From Spirogloea muscicola (Eukaryota), in contig WELB01000031.1 in NCBI GenBank assembly GCA_009602725.1, positions 283,383 to 325,344 of the forward strand: DNA of 41,962 nt, read 5' to 3'. A program made the translations under genes and the position numbers. Below, piece after piece: positions 37,211-41,962 of the stretch (its first letter is position 1; the number at the start of each line of letters is the position of its first letter). The notes under the pieces are model-generated. The model saw nothing but the letters and a program-made list of their open reading frames with translations. It was not told the DNA's origin and did not search any database.

Positions 37211-40105
37211 GTGGCTCTCTCACCACTGATGTGGTCGACCGCTCCAACCCGGGGCTCTCTGCCTCACGGGCTGGCCACGCTGCGGCAAGGCTGCTCGCAG
37301 CAAGGCGGCCAAACACGCCGACCACCCGGCTGCAGATGAGTTCGTCCCCCTGGCTGTGGACGTGCACGGGGCTCTCGGGTCCCAGTGGCTCGACCTGCTG
37401 GCAGGCTTGCGCGGCACGCTGCGTCCCGCAGGCGCAGTGAGCCGGCTGACTTCAACGCCGCAGGCTCATGGGCCCAAGTCTATCGTATGAGATTATCGGT
37501 CTCCCTTTAGTGGTCCATGGCCCAAGCCTTGCATCTGCGTGCTGGCCGTGCTTTCGCTGCGGCCTCCGGCTTTCGTCAGGGGGATAGTTTCCCGGCGGCT
37601 AGTCTGTCGGATTTGAGGCTCCTCACTCGTCACTACTGAGTGGTCCATCCTCCCGCCGTTCTGACAGAGCTTCTTCAGGCCCCTTCGTAGCTGCTAAGAG
37701 TTTTTGGCCCCTTCGAACCTTTGTCAATCCTTTTCGGGCTGGCTTTTCACAGCCCTTGCCCCCATTGGGTGCCACTTCTCCTGTGGCCCGTTCCTCACTT
37801 ACTCACTCGCGGGTACTGAGCTTTCCCTCTACATCGTCTTGTGTTTTGTAGTGTAGTCCTTGTTCGGCACCTTTTTCTTTTGGCTTTGGACATTGTCCAA
37901 TTATTTTCGGGCTGGCTTTGCCAGCTCCTCTTCCTTATGGGCGAGCACTTTCTTCGTTTCGGGCTGGCTGTTTACATCTTTCAGAGCCACTGCCTTAAAT
38001 TGGAAGAGCTGTTCCTATCCTACCAGGCCTCGTCGGGTGCCTCCTTTCCAGCTGCAAATTACTCCCACTTGCTGCTGCTAACTCGGGGTTTCTAAGCTCC
38101 TCTCCTCTTTCTTTCTTTGTAGTCTCCTGCATAGCTGTGTGTGTGTGGTTTAGGCGCCTTCCAGCTCCTTGTCCGTTCTTTTCTTTTGCTGGCCTTTCAC
38201 AGCGACTGCCTACGATTGGAAGAGCTATTCTTTCCTACCGGGCAAGCTTTGAGAATGCTTGAGGAAGCGCTTTGGCCCCTTCGGACCTTGTCACCCCTTC
38301 TCGGGCTGGCTGTACACAGCCCTTGACCCCTTTTTTGAGACAGCCACTTTCCCTCGGGCTGGCTGTTCACAACCCTTGCCCCCTTTGGGAGAGCCACCTT
38401 CTTACAAAGTCCTGATAACGGGCCAATGAGCTGGATAAGTGGGTTTCTTTTACCCTTGTATTTTATTTGGGCTGGCCTTTCAGCCCCTGCCTTCTATTGG
38501 AAAGAGCTGTTGTTTGATTTTTGCCAGTCGGCAGGGACAGCAAGATGAGCTGCCCGGCTTTGACGCTGCTGGGTCGCTTACCCAGGTGTTTCGCATGCGG
38601 CTAACCATTTCTTTCTAACGGTCCGGGGCCAGGCTCACGCAGTGCACTGGCAGGCTCCGCTTTGGCCGCTCCTTCTGAATCTTGTCGGGGTGCCTCTTGT
38701 CAAGCTGGAAGTCACTCCAACTTGACCCTCTGTTTGCACCTGGCTGGCTTCTTCAGCCGCTCTTTTGATATCGGCAGCCGCCCTATCCTTCTTGACTTGC
38801 GGCTGCTGACTTGGGGTCACTAAGCTCCCATTCGCCTTAGTTTTTTGCATAGCTGTGTGGTTTGGCGCCTTTCGGCCCTTTGGACCTTGTTCTTTCTTTC
38901 TGGGCTTGCGTTTCACATTTCCCCGCCCCCTTCGGTAGAGCTCACTTCCTCTTTGGAAGAGCTCACTTCTTTCGGCCTTTTGGACATAGATTGGGCTGGC
39001 CTCCCTTGGAAGAGCTCACTTCTCTTTCCGGCCGCTTCGGACCTTGTCCCATTCTTCTGAGCTGGCTGTTCACAGCCCCCGCCCCCTTTGCTAGATGCTA
39101 GCTGCTACGTCATTAGATGTGCTTACCATTGTACTTGGCTATACTGGCCTTCGATTGTTTCAAATACACGAAATTCCCCCTTTGGTATGAGTCGTCCTAA
39201 TGGGGCACCCCAGAAGTGGATGGAACAGATTTTGAAGGGGCCGGAGCTCAATTCGTTGATGAGTATACTCTCTATCATAGCCCTCGCCCCCTTTGCTGCA
39301 GCACTACTCCGATTACCCCCAATGCGATCAGCTCCTGCCAGCTGCAGTTGACATCTTTGGCTGTGTAGGTCCTCGTTTCCACACTCTCCTCCAGAGTATT
39401 GCCAATCTAGGCTATGCACGACGTGCAGATGTGTTTCCGGCAGAGATGGGCCTGCCAGCTGCATATCTGTCGTTCTTGCGACGACGTGTTTCGGCCTGTT
39501 TGCAGCGTGCTCAGGCTAATGCTTTGCACCAGAAAGCTGGGCGAGCTCTACTCAGGGGCAGAAGGGCTTTGTATCTGCCATCTAGTATTCAGGCATTGAT
39601 GTTTTGACCCGTGGTTACTGAGCGAATCAATCTGCTGTAGGTGATGTGCGTCTCTAGATGTGCTTGCCTTTGTACTTGGCAATATGGCCTTTGTTTGTTT
39701 TAAAAGACACGAAAACTTTTCCTTTGGAAGCGCCACTTCATTTTTCCTTGTCCATTGTTCTTGGGCTGGCCTTTAACTGCCATGAACCATACCTGAATAG
39801 CAACAAATATCTAGCCTTTCACACCTCTGCCTGTCGTCAAGGGGAATGCTTTCGGCGGCTAGTCTTTCTGACTTGCGACTACTAAATAGAGGTTACTAAG
39901 TGAGTATCTGTCATGGTCCTTGCTTAGATATTTATTTCAGCCCATTTCGCCTCTTCGGAATATGTCAATAGGTTTTCGGGCTGGCTTTTTGCAGCCCTCG
40001 CCCCCCCTGAGAGAGTCTCTTTCCTTCACATCCCTTCTGAAGCTTGTTCATTCTTCTGTGGGCTGGCTTTTCACAGCCGTCGCCTCCTGTGGAAGAGCTG
40101 CTAAT
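37211..40105 (+). mobile_element. Co-oriented array of CRE-like 3' remnants of several families
   Basis: Termini LTRHY-stop 37639, LTRGY-stop 37819, LTRGF-stop 38095, LTWGH-stop 38823, LTRGY-stop 39621 and LNRGY-stop 39899, plus about ten GGGCTGGC hairpin tails. Confidence 0.85.
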
Positions 40106-40107
40106 TG

Positions 40108-41250
40108 CCCCTTCTTCCAAGTGCAATTGAGGAGCATCCGGGAGTCAGCACTCTGCTCTTTCCCCTCCCTACAACCCCTCCTCACCCCCTTCTCAGCGCT
40201 GGCCCAAGCACCAGACAAAGCCGCACAGGCCAGGCTCGTTGCTGCAGTTGAGGACGAGCGCCGCAAGTCGTTGAGGACGATGCCGGATACAGCACCAATC
40301 CAAGGAGTCTGGCACGTCTCACACCGCTGGCAACGCCTGGGGCAACGGATTGGCTCACCACACACGCAATTCACAATGCCTTCAGAATCACCCTGAAGCA
40401 TTCCGGACGCTTCTCCAGCTGTTCCTGGGCCTGCCCCCGACCTGCCTAATTGGAGTGACTCAATGTGAGTGCGGCTTCCGTGCGGAGGGTGGAGACCTTG
40501 CCACCCACATGCTGCGGTGTCCTACAGGCCCTGAGGTGGTTGGCGTCCACAATCTCCTACGGGACGCCCTGGCAGGCTTGATGCGCGACGCCGGCTACCG
40601 CGCCATCGTGGAAGTGACCAATGTAATGCCACCACCACGGATTCCCAGGGACGTCATCACCGTCGCACCCTGGACATTGCGGGTGTACAACGTGGCGGAG
40701 GTCCACGAGCCTTGTTGACGTGGTGGTGACAGAGGCATACAAAAGTTCCGCTTCGACACATATTTCTGGCCACGCGGTGGGAGGTGCTGAGCAGAGAAAG
40801 CTCCGACACTACTCTGACTACCCCCGCAGCGATCATCTCCTACCGGCGGCCATCGACACATTTGGCTGCATGGGCCCTCGCTTTCACACCTTGCTGGAGA
40901 ACATTGCAAGCTTGGGATATGCACGTCGTGAGGATATGCTTCCAGCTCAGCTGGGCATGCCGGCAGCCTTCTTGTCGTTCTTGCGACGTCGAGTATCAGT
41001 TTGTCTGCAGCGAGCTCAGGCTCATGCATTGCATCAAAAAGCTGGTCGAGCCTTAGCTGGTAGCTCTAGAGGTTGTCGAGTGCTGTCCGGTATTCGGGCA
41101 TCAGTTAGTGACCTCTATGTGCTGACTCGTGGTTACTGAGCGGGTCAACTTAGCAGCAGGGTGACGTACATTTGTCAATGTGCTTACCTTTGTACTTGGC
41201 CACACATGGCCCTTCATCTCTTAATACACTCGCCATTTTCCTACTTGAAG
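40108..41250 (+). mobile_element. Degenerate CRE-like 3' third (F5) with 3'UTR
   Basis: PFFQVQLR..DKAAQARL..EAFRTLLQLFLGLPPTCLIGVTQCECG..HMLRC..HNLLRD..DVVVT..AEQRKLRHY..AAIDTFGCMG..RRVSVCLQRAQA..LYVLTRGY-stop (41139), with several frameshifts. Confidence 0.88.
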
Positions 41251-41261
41251 CACTAATGTCC

Positions 41262-41420
41262 TGGGCGGCCTCACCCTCTTGCGGGTTCCCCTCTGCTGCA
41301 CCATTGTTCGTGGAGGAGCAGCTGCGAGCTTGGCTGCAGGCGCGCCTCCAGCCAGCGGCTCACATCCCTCAATTGGACGACATGCACCTGACGCTCACCA
41401 TGCTAACCAAGAGCATGCTG
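41262..41420 (+). mobile_element. Internal CRE-like fragment just downstream of the RT core
   Basis: GLTLLRVP / APLFVEEQLRAWLQARLQPAAHIPQLDDMHLTLTMLTK matches 18983-19125 (LTLLGVPLGAPAFVAEQLQGRLQDHLRPAARLHTLNDMQLATAMLTR). Confidence 0.8.
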
Positions 41421-41925
41421 CACCTGCGGCGCTCCCCTCGTGAATGCAGCTTATAGGTCGAGGAGAAGATCATGTGAGGAGGGCTGCCGCTTGGAGAGCG
41501 CTAGTTAGCTGTACCACCTACCTGCCTATCTGCCAGCTGTGCCGCTACTGGCAGGCGGCGGTGGCGGCGGCAATGACGGGCGGCGGCGTCACAGCCCCGG
41601 GCTCGAGCACGGGATGATAAGCAGGGCAGGCGATAGTGGCAAAACTACGAGCTTTTGCTCACAGAAAACAAGAAGCGCTCTCGTGGAAGAGGAAACGACT
41701 CTACCAGCAGATGGCAATGGCTGTGGAAGCCCTTGACGGAAGGCTCGGTAGTCGATACTGAACAATGCATGACTTCCAGGCAGGAACGAGTAGGGACGCT
41801 TTCTTGGACTCGAGTGGCGGGCCAACAGCCGCGGGGAACAAGCTTTATGGTAAGCGCAGAGAGAGGGAAGGGGCGTGGAGCGGGGGCGGTGGTAGGGGAG
41901 AAGTACAGAGTGGGAGAGGGAGAAG

Positions 41926-41962
41926 GGAGAGAGAGCGAGAGAGAGAGAGAGAGAGAGAGAGA
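41926..41962. repeat. (GA)n microsatellite at the window end
   Basis: GA run with one interruption, preceded by a purine-rich tract. Confidence 0.95.

Noticed and set aside
37211..40105. CRISPR-like array of hairpin repeats
   Set aside because: Repeats vary in sequence and spacing, follow retrotransposon stop codons, and the context is eukaryotic with no cas genes.

Overview
Eukaryotic nuclear DNA with spliceosomal introns, probably from a streptophyte alga (inferred from plant-type genes, including an RLK/Pelle receptor kinase). Six multi-exon genes can be reconstructed by hand: a Ubc6/UBC33-34-type E2 (-), a PDE318-like NOG1-family GTPase (+), an unknown probably plastid-targeted membrane protein with a duplicated C-terminal exon module (-), an RLK/Pelle kinase with an atypical ectodomain (+), a p24delta cargo receptor (-) and a MAP4K-alpha/STE20 kinase (-). 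The intergenic regions hold five dense nests of non-LTR retrotransposons with a restriction-like endonuclease (CRE-like). These comprise one 3.15-kb, 5'-truncated copy with a single frameshift (17488-20643) and more than 20 short 3' remnants from about six lineages, here labelled F1-F6 by 3'UTR. The lineages share an L[T/S]RGY-stop C-terminus and TC/TTC tails, and most share a GGGCTGG..CCAGCCC 3' hairpin. They insert into one another, and two 12-bp target-site duplications are readable. Four single N characters probably mark assembly gaps. All gene models and family labels were assigned by eye, without searches.
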